Below are positions 9,702 through 19,900 of a DNA stretch of 64,000 nt, in pieces. Both the position numbers and the translations under genes were made by a program. Each line of letters starts with the position of its first letter. The first letter of the stretch is position 1. The stretch comes from Euryarchaeota archaeon UBA181. Its GTDB lineage: Archaea > Thermoplasmatota > Poseidoniia > Poseidoniales > Thalassarchaeaceae. The stretch covers positions 1,772-65,771 of the forward strand of contig DALI01000049.1 in NCBI GenBank assembly GCA_002496725.1, in the 5' to 3' direction. Below the pieces are notes generated by a model. That model was not told the DNA's origin, searched no databases, and was given only the letters and a program-made list of their open reading frames with translations.

Positions 9702-10475
9702 ATGTGGCAAACCCAAGCGGCATTCGCCATAGGCATAATCGGTGTTTTCGTTGGCTGGCGTGGCTCTATAGCTAGGATGACAGGTTTTTTCGATCTCTCG
9801 GGCTCGGTAAAATACCTACTTTTCGGCATTGTATCCGGGATGTTACTTGCATCAGCTGCCGACTCAATGATTTTGTCGGGAATTATCACCGGGCAAGTTA
9901 ATATCGTTACCGCGGCATCATATGCGCTACTGATAGCAATCGCAGAGTCGGCATTCGTACTATTCTTACTGGGGAGGCCCAGAAATGTGGCTCTGAGAGC
10001 GTCCCCTCCTTTCGGATGGACGTTAGGTCTTGGCATCGGTGCCATGCAAGCTTCCGTTCTGGCTTTCAGATTGTTTGACGAAGAACTCAATTCATCATTT
10101 TCGGGATTCTCCCCCTACTCAATATTGATCTCTTTGCTGATTTCCATTACTGCCTGCACAGGACATGCTATGCTGGCAACATACCAAGGAGCGATGATTC
10201 TAGAGCCGAGTAGACTCGGGCCATTCTTCTCAACATCCATTCTCAGGGCCATTCTTCTTCTTTCTGTTATCTTGTCAATTTTTACTCCAGTTATTTTGTT
10301 GGCTCCCTTGACTGCAATAGTTGCGGCTTGGGCCCCCTCCCAAGAGAGGTGGCTGCCCTCAGGCCTCACTCCAGCGGCTAGACAGGCATATAGGAGGACT
10401 ACAAGGCAGTCAGAGAGGCACAGGACTGCCTCAAACACCAGGAAAAGAGGCTCCCCAGTCAGTGAAGAGGAATAG
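9702..10475 (+). CDS. Membrane protein, distantly YhfC/PrsW-like
   Basis: About 7 TM helices; IAES, GLGIGAMQA and GHAML motifs; Arg-rich tail. Confidence 0.6.
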   Translation: MWQTQAAFAIGIIGVFVGWRGSIARMTGFFDLSGSVKYLLFGIVSGMLLASAADSMILSGIITGQVNIVTAASYALLIAIAESAFVLFLLGRPRNVALRASPPFGWTLGLGIGAMQASVLAFRLFDEELNSSFSGFSPYSILISLLISITACTGHAMLATYQGAMILEPSRLGPFFSTSILRAILLLSVILSIFTPVILLAPLTAIVAAWAPSQERWLPSGLTPAARQAYRRTTRQSERHRTASNTRKRGSPVSEEE

Positions 10476-10554
10476 CACATAAACTCATCATTGGGGTTTT
10501 ATCGGGCATGCGTATGGCGCATGATTATATTCATCCGGTCAAGGGTTATGGTCA

Positions 10555-11973
10555 ATGAGGGTGATTATAGCCGGAGCAGGCGAGGTCGGACGTGGAGTTG
10601 CAGCCGCTTTGCGCCAGGAGCGTAGAAGCGTCGCACTCATTGACCCAGACCCATCTGCTATCAATGAATCACAGTATCTCGATTGTCTTCTGATAACCGG
10701 GAGTGCCCTCTCCAGAGATTCTCTGATGAGGGCTGGAATAAGTGATGCTGAAATTTTCATCATGGCTACTAATGACGATATGGTGAATCTCCTAGGGTGC
10801 TCCTTTGCGAAAAAGGTCTACAGTGAGTTAGTAGGAGAGAGGAATGCAACTGGCTTGAGGACTATTGCCAATATCAACGACCCCACTCTAGACCATCCTT
10901 CGAGGGGTGCAGGGCCTCTTAGCAACTGGACTAGGGCCGATCATATTGTCAGCGCTGCCGATGAGATAGTGGATCAGCTAGCCGCTAGTCTGCTAGCCCC
11001 CTCTATTGACGAGATTCTGCCCCTTGGCGAATCATCATGGATTGCATCCAGCGTAGTTACTACATCTTCTGCACTCATCGGAACCACCACTGGAGAGGTA
11101 GGGGGTATATTCTCCGGGATGCCCTCGATATACGCCATAAAAAAATCCGAAAAGAAAGGAGTTCTATGCAACGGGGACGAAATAATCGAGCCAGGCGATA
11201 TCCTAGTCTTCGTCTCGAACTCAACAGATCAATTCTCACAGATAACACGTAGCGTTGGAAAGACGGATCCGGAATTGAAAGAGAAGGCACAGATAGCTAT
11301 TTTCGGAGCCAGCCAGTTTGGAGTCAGGCTGACTGGCCATTATCTCAGGAGAGGGCATAGTGTTGTTGTCATAGAGCCGGACCTAGACTTGGCAAATGAA
11401 CTCGTAGGCTCAACTGTGGGAAATAGCAAGAGGTTGGATGTCATTCACGGGGACCCCCAAGACGAGGAGCTTCTGAGAGAGCTAGATATCCACAGTCACG
11501 ATATTGCTGTCGCCGCTCTCGAGGATGACAATCTCAATATCGCCATTTCCATGAGGGCCAAGGACAAGGGCGTTCAGAGGACTGGCCTTGTCCTCAAGGA
11601 CAGAGCCCTAGTGGAAGCCGTTCATCGTATCGGGACAATAAACCCCGTTAGTAGGAGACTAGTGGTAGTGACAGGGATTTTGAAATCAATCCATATGAAT
11701 GTGCCAGGGACCTTCCAAGTGATTCCTAATGTCTCAGAGGTCATTTCAATTTCGGCGGAGGTAAAGAGCGATCAAGGAATTGAAGGAAAGTCAGTATCCA
11801 AAGTAGAATCCAAGCTTGGGGCCAGAGTAGCCATGGTAGACAGGGTTCAGGAAGATGGTAAGACTATCGTACTTGATCCCAGTGACGTAGAATCTATTCA
11901 ACTAGGCGATCGTCTGTACATTCTTTTGCTCAAAGAGCACCTGAAGAAGCTTGAGAAGACTTTCGGGAGCTAA
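10555..11973 (+). CDS. trkA: Trk K+ uptake NAD-binding subunit
   Basis: IAGAGEVG and a second RCK Rossmann motif IFGASQFG. Confidence 0.9.
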   Translation: MRVIIAGAGEVGRGVAAALRQERRSVALIDPDPSAINESQYLDCLLITGSALSRDSLMRAGISDAEIFIMATNDDMVNLLGCSFAKKVYSELVGERNATGLRTIANINDPTLDHPSRGAGPLSNWTRADHIVSAADEIVDQLAASLLAPSIDEILPLGESSWIASSVVTTSSALIGTTTGEVGGIFSGMPSIYAIKKSEKKGVLCNGDEIIEPGDILVFVSNSTDQFSQITRSVGKTDPELKEKAQIAIFGASQFGVRLTGHYLRRGHSVVVIEPDLDLANELVGSTVGNSKRLDVIHGDPQDEELLRELDIHSHDIAVAALEDDNLNIAISMRAKDKGVQRTGLVLKDRALVEAVHRIGTINPVSRRLVVVTGILKSIHMNVPGTFQVIPNVSEVISISAEVKSDQGIEGKSVSKVESKLGARVAMVDRVQEDGKTIVLDPSDVESIQLGDRLYILLLKEHLKKLEKTFGS

Positions 11974-11975
11974 TC

Positions 11976-13544
11976 ATGCGCTGGGACGTGGTCGGCTTTG
12001 TTTTGGGCTGGACGATTAGGCTGGTAGCTCTCCCACTAGCAATAGTTGCGGCATATAGTTGCTATTTGGAAGCCGAGGGCTATGAATTTGCCACTAGGGC
12101 ATATCTTCTCCCTCTATTGCTAGCCGCAGTTGTCGGGCAAGGCCTCGTCTCTTTAGCCAAGGGAGCTGATACGGCATCGAGATTGAGGGACAAGGAAGCT
12201 TTCGCGTCTGTTGCTCTTGGTTGGATTCCAGTGGTCATCCTCGGTGCCCTCCCCTATTGGCTGGGGGGTGTATTCTACGGCCCCCTGGATCTCTCTACGG
12301 ACACTGTCGGAATTGTAGACGTTCTCTCAGGTGCCGTCCATTCATGGTTTGAATCGATGTCAGGATTCACTACTACCGGTTCCACGGTAATTGACCACAC
12401 AACTAGTCCAAGATGCCTAGAAGTATCAGATTGCATAAGTGCCCAGCCACAGAGTCTGATACTGTGGAGGTCACTTACCCAATGGCTTGGGGGGATGGGT
12501 GTCATTATGTTGGGTCTGCTGATATTATCTCAGGCTCTCGGAGGCGGAATGTCCCTAGCTAGGGCAGAGCTAACCGGTCCATCACTTTCCAGATTAGGCC
12601 CATCACTACAGTGGACCGCAAGGAGACTTTGGACGATATATATCGTTCTTACAGCCATTGAGGTGATGCTTCTCAGATTCGTTGGAGAGATGAGTGTCTT
12701 CGACTCGGTGAATTATGCCCTTACCACTCTTTCCTCTGGGGGTTTCGGTACCACTGATGGTGGAATAATGGCTTTCGGATCAGCTAGGATAGAAGTAATT
12801 CTCATGGTATTCATGGTCCTCACTTGCATAAACTTCAGCTTATTGCACTTAGTCCTATCAGGGAGATCAAAGGAAGCCATCAAGGATGGCGAAGTTCGGA
12901 CTTATCTGTTTATCCTACTCGTTGCATGGATTTCTATGGCATTCAACATCTATCAATCAGGCTCGCAAGACCTCGGTTTTCTTGAAACCATTAGGCACTC
13001 AATGTTCCAAGCTATATCCATATCAAGTACCGGGTATTCCTCGGCAGATTTCGCTGCTTGGCCTCTCTTCAGTCAATTCGTATTACTGCTTTTGATGATC
13101 ATAGGGGCTACAGCTGGATCGACAGGCGGCGGCTTGAAGGTTCTAAGAATCAGAATAGCATTCGAATTATCGAAAAGAGAGATTCTGAAAATAATACAGC
13201 CCAGGAAAGTGGTGGCTATCAGATTCAATGATGAAGTGATTGACGAGAGAAGAATCTGGACCGTCCTAGGCATGCTCAGTTCCTGGACGGTACTGGTTAC
13301 CGCCTCGATACTAGCTTTCTCTTTCTTGGAGCCATCTTTGGACATGACCGATGTTCTTTCTGTTTCCTTGTCGCTACTTGGTAACACCGGGCCAGCACTT
13401 GGTGCCTTTGGCCCCACGGCAACATGGGCATCACTAGGGGAGCCCTCGATGATAATCGCCTCTCTACTAATGTGGCTCGGCCGTCTTGAACTACTCACCG
13501 TCTTGGTTTTACTACACCCGAAAACATGGCGAAGTGACAATTAG
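11976..13544 (+). CDS. trkH: Trk K+ uptake membrane subunit
   Basis: FESMSGFTTTGS, QWLGGMG, GSTGGGLKV, GNTGP and GRLEL motifs. Confidence 0.95.
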   Translation: MRWDVVGFVLGWTIRLVALPLAIVAAYSCYLEAEGYEFATRAYLLPLLLAAVVGQGLVSLAKGADTASRLRDKEAFASVALGWIPVVILGALPYWLGGVFYGPLDLSTDTVGIVDVLSGAVHSWFESMSGFTTTGSTVIDHTTSPRCLEVSDCISAQPQSLILWRSLTQWLGGMGVIMLGLLILSQALGGGMSLARAELTGPSLSRLGPSLQWTARRLWTIYIVLTAIEVMLLRFVGEMSVFDSVNYALTTLSSGGFGTTDGGIMAFGSARIEVILMVFMVLTCINFSLLHLVLSGRSKEAIKDGEVRTYLFILLVAWISMAFNIYQSGSQDLGFLETIRHSMFQAISISSTGYSSADFAAWPLFSQFVLLLLMIIGATAGSTGGGLKVLRIRIAFELSKREILKIIQPRKVVAIRFNDEVIDERRIWTVLGMLSSWTVLVTASILAFSFLEPSLDMTDVLSVSLSLLGNTGPALGAFGPTATWASLGEPSMIIASLLMWLGRLELLTVLVLLHPKTWRSDN

Positions 13545-15037
13545 AAAGAATCCAATGTGAATTGTTTGTCACCAGACTCTGAAGCCTTGATATTAGGTGT
13601 GACATCCTCTTCATTTGCTTCCACGTGTTCGTCTTTCTGATCGATTTCATCAAATTTTTTTATTATCAATTTTCCCTGCTTGCTACTCTTTGCTATTCCA
13701 TGCAAAGACAGGTGTTCCTCGACCCCAATGCCCATTCTGGAGGAGAGGCTGAAATCCATAGGGTCGCCTCCAAGTGATTCATCATGGACAGCCAATAACA
13801 AGGGCCAAAGCTCCTCTCTGAATGACGACCGACTCGTAGATACCTTGCTTGACATAGTGGTGACGACATTCACACTCCTCCATGACTCGCTGCCACGTCT
13901 TAGAAAATCAGGATACCCCAAGTATGGATCGGACGTTATTGGAGTCTCCGATACTGCGGCTTGCGATGTTAGGGCCGAGCCCCAGTACCATGACCTGAAA
14001 GCACGATTAGTAAATTTAGTCGCTAACGATCTGTCCGCTAATTCCATAGCTCCACTGATCGACGAGAGGCCCTTGGAATCGAATACAGATTGATTATTCC
14101 AGGAGAACCAAGCAAGCATCTGATCAGGATCCTTGTCACTGTTTCTTAGGATCTCTGATGCCAACTGCCCATTCCTACTGGAGTATATCTCCTTCATGGC
14201 CCTGAAAACATCAATTTGTGAGTCTCTAATTGCTACAGACCTAAGTCCTCTAACTTCTTCGATAGTGATGTGCCCCTCAGATAGTGCCGATACCGCTTGA
14301 AGGTCCCTCACAAGGGCCCTAAGATCTCCTGGATTTCCAGAAATTAGCTCCTCCAAAGCACCGGGATCAATAGAAATGCCCTCCTCATCGAGAATTCTGT
14401 ATGCAATCTTCCTCATATCTCCCTGATTGGCCCTCTTGAACTGAATCATGTCAGCCAGTCTCAGTACTCTGTCTCTATTCATCCTCCACGATCTCCCACT
14501 TCCCCACAACCTCATGGGGTCATTACAAGTCATAATGACCGGTTGCATGGATGAACTAAGGAGATTCATCAGCTCCGCTTTCCCCCCAGAGTCTCCTGAG
14601 ATATTCTTAGAACCGTCATCAGATGAGATTGATTTCCCTATCCTATCTTCTGATATCTTTGAGAACCCCCCTGCAAGATGATCTACCTCATCTAAGAGAA
14701 TAACGGTTTTTCCCTCAGTTGACGATCCACTGGAGAATAGATCCAGCGAAATATGCTGAGACCCCCTCGTCGCGACCTTTCTGATAGAGGCTGCATTCCT
14801 CTCCTCCGAAGCATTTAGCTCTATGATGGCCCACTCCCTCTCCTTTGCCACAGCCTTTGCCAGAGTGGTCTTGCCAACTCCTGGGGGGCCGGAAAGCAAG
14901 ATACCTCTCTTTTTGGGAATCTTATCGCCCCTCCAACTATCTAGCCATTGCCTGATAGTACTGATCTGCGCACCATTCCCTTCCATCTCCCTGATGTTAC
15001 CTGGACGGTAGCGTTCAGTCCAATCGTCAGCAGACAC
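13541..15037 (-). CDS. rfcL: Replication factor C large subunit
   Basis: WTERYRP, GPPGVGKTT, IELNASEER, LDEVD and GDLRA motifs. Confidence 0.92.
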   Translation of the reverse strand: MSADDWTERYRPGNIREMEGNGAQISTIRQWLDSWRGDKIPKKRGILLSGPPGVGKTTLAKAVAKEREWAIIELNASEERNAASIRKVATRGSQHISLDLFSSGSSTEGKTVILLDEVDHLAGGFSKISEDRIGKSISSDDGSKNISGDSGGKAELMNLLSSSMQPVIMTCNDPMRLWGSGRSWRMNRDRVLRLADMIQFKRANQGDMRKIAYRILDEEGISIDPGALEELISGNPGDLRALVRDLQAVSALSEGHITIEEVRGLRSVAIRDSQIDVFRAMKEIYSSRNGQLASEILRNSDKDPDQMLAWFSWNNQSVFDSKGLSSISGAMELADRSLATKFTNRAFRSWYWGSALTSQAAVSETPITSDPYLGYPDFLRRGSESWRSVNVVTTMSSKVSTSRSSFREELWPLLLAVHDESLGGDPMDFSLSSRMGIGVEEHLSLHGIAKSSKQGKLIIKKFDEIDQKDEHVEANEEDVTPNIKASESGDKQFTLDSF

Positions 15038-15075
15038 GTTTGCCCGTTGAGTAGGGGCCCCATGAAGATTGGGAG

Positions 15076-16794
15076 TCAGAATAGAGATTCTATAGTTCGA
15101 TTTTTAACGTGCACTATCAATTCCTCGGAGCTTATTCTAACTTGTCTTTGATCATCTCTCTTTCTTACGGTGACAGTCCCGTCATCAAGGGTTGAGTGAT
15201 CAACGGTAATGGCCCAAGGGACTCCAATCTCATCTGCCCTGGCGTACCTTTTACCGATTGACCCAGAAGAGTCGATATCCGCATGAATCCCTCTAATGGT
15301 AGAAACTTGATTGAACATACCCCTCGCAAATTCACCCATTCCATCCTTGTCGAATAGGGGTAATATCGACAGGTCATATGGGCATACCGTTTCACTCAAT
15401 CTTAGGGTGACATAGCCTTCCTCGTCCTTCCCATCCTCAATGAAGGAATGATCAAGAACATGCCAGATTATTCTATCTATGCCGAATGCGGGCTCTATCA
15501 CATGGGGTGTAAACCATTCTCCGTGAATATTTCTCTCCTCCTTCACCAAGCTAACCATTTCCTTTGTTATTTCAGCCTCGAAACCACCATCCAGAACTAT
15601 GGTGAATGGAAAGGATCCCGGTATGTCGACCAATTCAGAAATAGCGGTGGAAATAGCACCCGCCCTTTGCTTGAATAATGGCCCAATAACTGAACTATTG
15701 GGAGAGAGTCCCTCCTTGAATATTTTCTTAGGGGTAACAAACTGCCTCCAAGAGCGGAGGAGGTTGCTCCCTGAATGCAATTCATGGGATTCGAGATCAT
15801 GGCAGGTTCTATTCGCTATGCCTACGCACTCAATCCAATCATATTCTCCCAGAATCTCACAGTCCCAGCAGTCAGATGCGTAATGCGCCATTTCCGAACC
15901 AGCGTGTTGCCTAAACCTAATCTTTTCAGAATCAATTCCAATTTTGGTCAAGAAATCATATGTTCTTGCCATAAACCAAGCTACGGTACTGTGCTTAATC
16001 AATCCCGATTGGTTTGCCTCACTGAAGGTTGATCTAATTTCTCCTTGATTCTCACCTTCTGGATCAGGAATCAGACTAATCTTGTCAGTATATTGTCCCA
16101 GATCTCCGCATGGTTGGTCCAATGGATCTATGAAGTATTCTAATTCGGCCATATTGAATTCCCTCAGTCTAATCATCCCCTTCCTAGGGCTGATTTCATT
16201 CCTATATCCTCTACCTGTCTGGACCGCACCAAAAGGTAATTTTTGCTTAAAATGACGATATAATGAGGGGAATAGCATAAACATTCCCTGAGCTGTTTCA
16301 GGCCTCATGTATGCTTCTCTTCCCCCACCCATGGCACCGATAGTTGTGGGGAACATCAGGTTCATTGGCCTAGCTTTAGCCCATTCTCCTCCTTGACAGT
16401 TGGGACAAGTTACCGAGTTTGAAGAAATGAGCGAATCCAGCTCTTCTCCTTCCAAAGTATCTGGACTGGGATGCATACCCTCGACTAAGTGATCACTGCG
16501 AAAGATAGCATTACAGGACAAACATTCAGACATCTGATCATTAAATTCGCCAACATGTCCACTTGCAACTAGAACTGCCTTGGGAGTAATGGTGGGCGAA
16601 TCAACCTCCACGATGTCACCATTCGAGGTCCAGTGATCGATCCATGCTTGAATCACCTTGCGCTTTATCCTAGCTCCAACCGGGCCATAATCAACCAACC
16701 CTGCCACTCCGCCATAAATCTCAAACGAAGGCAGTACAATGCCACGACGGCGCATCATAGATGTGAGCCTGTCAAGCCTCCTAGATTCGGGCAT
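15076..16794 (-). CDS. glyS: Glycine--tRNA ligase (alpha2 type)
   Basis: DYGPVG, MRPETAQG, RNEISPR, EMAHYA, IEPAFG and SIGKRYARADE motifs. Confidence 0.96.
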   Translation of the reverse strand: MPESRRLDRLTSMMRRRGIVLPSFEIYGGVAGLVDYGPVGARIKRKVIQAWIDHWTSNGDIVEVDSPTITPKAVLVASGHVGEFNDQMSECLSCNAIFRSDHLVEGMHPSPDTLEGEELDSLISSNSVTCPNCQGGEWAKARPMNLMFPTTIGAMGGGREAYMRPETAQGMFMLFPSLYRHFKQKLPFGAVQTGRGYRNEISPRKGMIRLREFNMAELEYFIDPLDQPCGDLGQYTDKISLIPDPEGENQGEIRSTFSEANQSGLIKHSTVAWFMARTYDFLTKIGIDSEKIRFRQHAGSEMAHYASDCWDCEILGEYDWIECVGIANRTCHDLESHELHSGSNLLRSWRQFVTPKKIFKEGLSPNSSVIGPLFKQRAGAISTAISELVDIPGSFPFTIVLDGGFEAEITKEMVSLVKEERNIHGEWFTPHVIEPAFGIDRIIWHVLDHSFIEDGKDEEGYVTLRLSETVCPYDLSILPLFDKDGMGEFARGMFNQVSTIRGIHADIDSSGSIGKRYARADEIGVPWAITVDHSTLDDGTVTVRKRDDQRQVRISSEELIVHVKNRTIESLF

Positions 16795-16949
16795 TGTATC
16801 GGCGACTCCATCACCTGTCTTTCAAGCCATCCTTGAGATTGGGGCCGATGAACAGGAACCGAGGGGTATTTTGCCATGTCACACAGACTCAAAAATGAGA
16901 CTCTTAGAGAAGCATTGATGTACTCTTAGGAAGCCCAACAGAGTGATAG

Positions 16950-19900
16950 GTGCCTAAAAAAATGCCAATTATAGAGTATGTAGAAGATAGGATGGAGACA
17001 GAAGAGCTCCTTGAGAGGCTATGTCCCCCTGTCAGGAATTGGTTCAAGGACAAGTTCCCCGACTTTACAGAGCCCCAGAAGGTAGCCATTCCGAGGATTC
17101 TCAACGGAGAGCATCTATTGCTCTGCTCGCCCACTGGATCAGGCAAGACTCTGACAGCATTCTTGACAATAATTGATGATCTAGTAAGACGCTCCCTGGA
17201 TGGCACACTTCCAGATTCTGTTCAGTGCGTCTACATCTCTCCAATCAAGGCTCTAGCCAATGATATCGAGAAGAACCTACTCGGCCCTCTTGGCGAGATT
17301 AAGGAAAAATACCTTCCAAGTCGGGCCAAGGAAATAAAAGTTGGACTTAGAACTGGCGATACCCCTCAGAGCGAGAGGCAAAAGATGCTAAGAAAACCCC
17401 CTCACATCTTGATTACAACACCAGAGTCCCTAGGCCTAGGGCTGGCATCAAAGAGATTCAGACCTATCCTTGATCAGATGAAATGGTTCATCATTGATGA
17501 AATGCACTCACTAGTCCCCACTAAGAGGGGGACTCATCTATCTCTCAGTATGGCATTGATGGACTCCGTTGTTTCTTCCGATGTCCAGAGAATTGGAATT
17601 AGTGCAACTATGGAGCCACTGGATGCAGTAGCGGAATTCTTAGTCGCTAGCGACCCAAGAGAATCAGATATTCATTCCCAGAATGACGACAACGAATCCA
17701 GTGAATTGGAAATACAGCCCCAGAAAGTCGCTATCGCAAAAATTTCTGGTGACAGAGAACTAGATTTAGATATTATACTGCCCAGTCCAAGATTCAGCTC
17801 CATCCCTGTAAAGGAAATCTTGGATCATAATGTGGATAGGATCAAAGAATTAGCAGAGGCACATACAACCACACTGGTATTCGTGAATACTAGGAATATG
17901 ACTGAAACAGTAGTCCAGAGGCTGAAGATTGCTGGAATGGAAGGCGTCGAGGGACATCATGGATCTATGGATAAGGCCATTAGACTAGATGTTGAAAGCC
18001 AGCTAAAGAAGGGCCTATTGAGATGCGTAGTATCCTCATCTAGCTTGGAGATGGGGATAGATATCGGTTCTGTTGATCTTGTCATACAAGTGGGTTCTCC
18101 GGGTTCCATAGCCACGGCTCTTCAGAGGATAGGTAGAGCAGGACACCAAGTTGACGGGCTCCCTAGGGCCAGGTTCCTTCCAACATCGCCACATGATTTG
18201 ATGGAGCTCGTAGCGTTACAGATGGCAATCTTAGAAGGCGAGATGGATTTACTGAAATTCCCCGAGAATTCTCTAGACGTACTTGCACAGTTCCTTATCG
18301 GCCTGACAATCATCAGAGAGTGGGATATCGATGACGCGTATCGCTTAGTGACATCATCATGGCCCTACAAATCCCTCCCCTATGATGATTACATAGAGGT
18401 CCTAGATATGCTAGACGAGGAGAGGAGACTCTGGCTCGATTGGGAGGATAATAGATTCGGCAAGAGAGGATTCGCTCAGATGATATACTATACTAATATC
18501 GGGACTATAGCGCCCGACAATAGCTATCTAGTCTTCACAGGAGACGGCACTCTCGTTGGTCAGCTTTCCTCCTCATTCGTATCGAGTCTCAGGAATGGGG
18601 ACGTCTTCCTCCTAGGCGGCTCCACATACAGAGTTGCTAGCATAAGGGGCACTAGGGTCAATGTCACACCAGCAACTGGCTACAGGCCGACTATTCCGTC
18701 TTGGACTGGTGAGGCAAATAGTCGCACTCATGAGCTCAGTCAAGCTGTCCTGAGATTACTCAGCAAAATCTCTGTAGGGGCGAGAATGGGCACTGATTAC
18801 GAACCAATACTGACAGAGGCGTTACAGCTAAACAGGCCAGTGGCCCTTGCTCTGAAGCAGTTCTTGGATGAGCATGTTGCTACTACCTTCCAAGTCCCCT
18901 CCAATGATAGAATACTGATTGAGCAAGTCGACTCCCCACTGCCAACGTATGTGGTTACAACATGCAGAGGAAGGGCATTCAATTTAGCACTCGGATATTT
19001 GTTTGCTGGAATAGCATCCAAAGAAAATATAATTATTCACGAGCTTTCCTTTGATGAGAACGGATTTATGGCCAAGTTGAGCCACGAGGTAGAGATATCT
19101 AAGATCCCCGAAGTCTTCAGGAACGATACCAGTGAAGAAATCCTTCAGAGGTACATGATGGACTCCCAGCTATTCTCCAAGAGATTCAGGGAGGTCTCTT
19201 CTAGGAGCATGCTGAACCCACGGAGAATAGGTGCCGAGGAGGTCAGTCCAAAGCAATTCCAACTAAAAGCCGAGGCCATAATGACCAAACATCGACAGAT
19301 GGAAGGATCAGTAATTATCCGCGAGGCGATGAGTGAAATACTGAATGGCGATTTAGATATGGGGCAATTGCGGAACTTCATCTCAAGGATGGATAGTGAA
19401 GATGTACGTATAGTCCATCGTCGTGTGAAAATGCCATCTCCATTGGGTATGACGCTATTCATGTCTGCATTCGAGGATTTGCTGAGCCTTAGGACCAGGG
19501 CATACCTGATCAAAGACGTCGATCCCGAAATCCTAAGGCGCCTATTGGGGGCTAGATCACTAGCCACAGATCTCGATAGGGAGATGATAGGTGAGTACTA
19601 TCAGTCTAAGGTAGTCGTACCGAGAAACTCAATTGACCTACTGAGACTGATGGATATGGGTGGTGGCCTAGAGCGTGAACTGACTAATCCACTATACAAT
19701 TCAAAATTAAGCGGGATTGAAATTCCCGTGATTAGGAAATGGGTCCACGAGCTTGCAGAGAGGGGACTGATTACCAAGGTCAGGAATACTAATCATGAAC
19801 AGATTGACGATAAGTGGTTCTCTATGAGGATGGCTGGAGTACATGGGACGTTGGGGTGCCTGGCTGTTGCTGGGGCATCGGAGATGGAGGACCTTAGGGC

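Noticed and set aside
9614-10090. Apparent 159-aa N-terminal extension of SRP54
   Set aside because: It lies antisense to the membrane-protein gene; SRP54 similarity starts at ATG 9613.
16795-16949. One of the longest intergenic gaps, checked for a tRNA or ncRNA
   Set aside because: No cloverleaf or convincing stem seen; consistent with divergent promoters for glyS and lhr.
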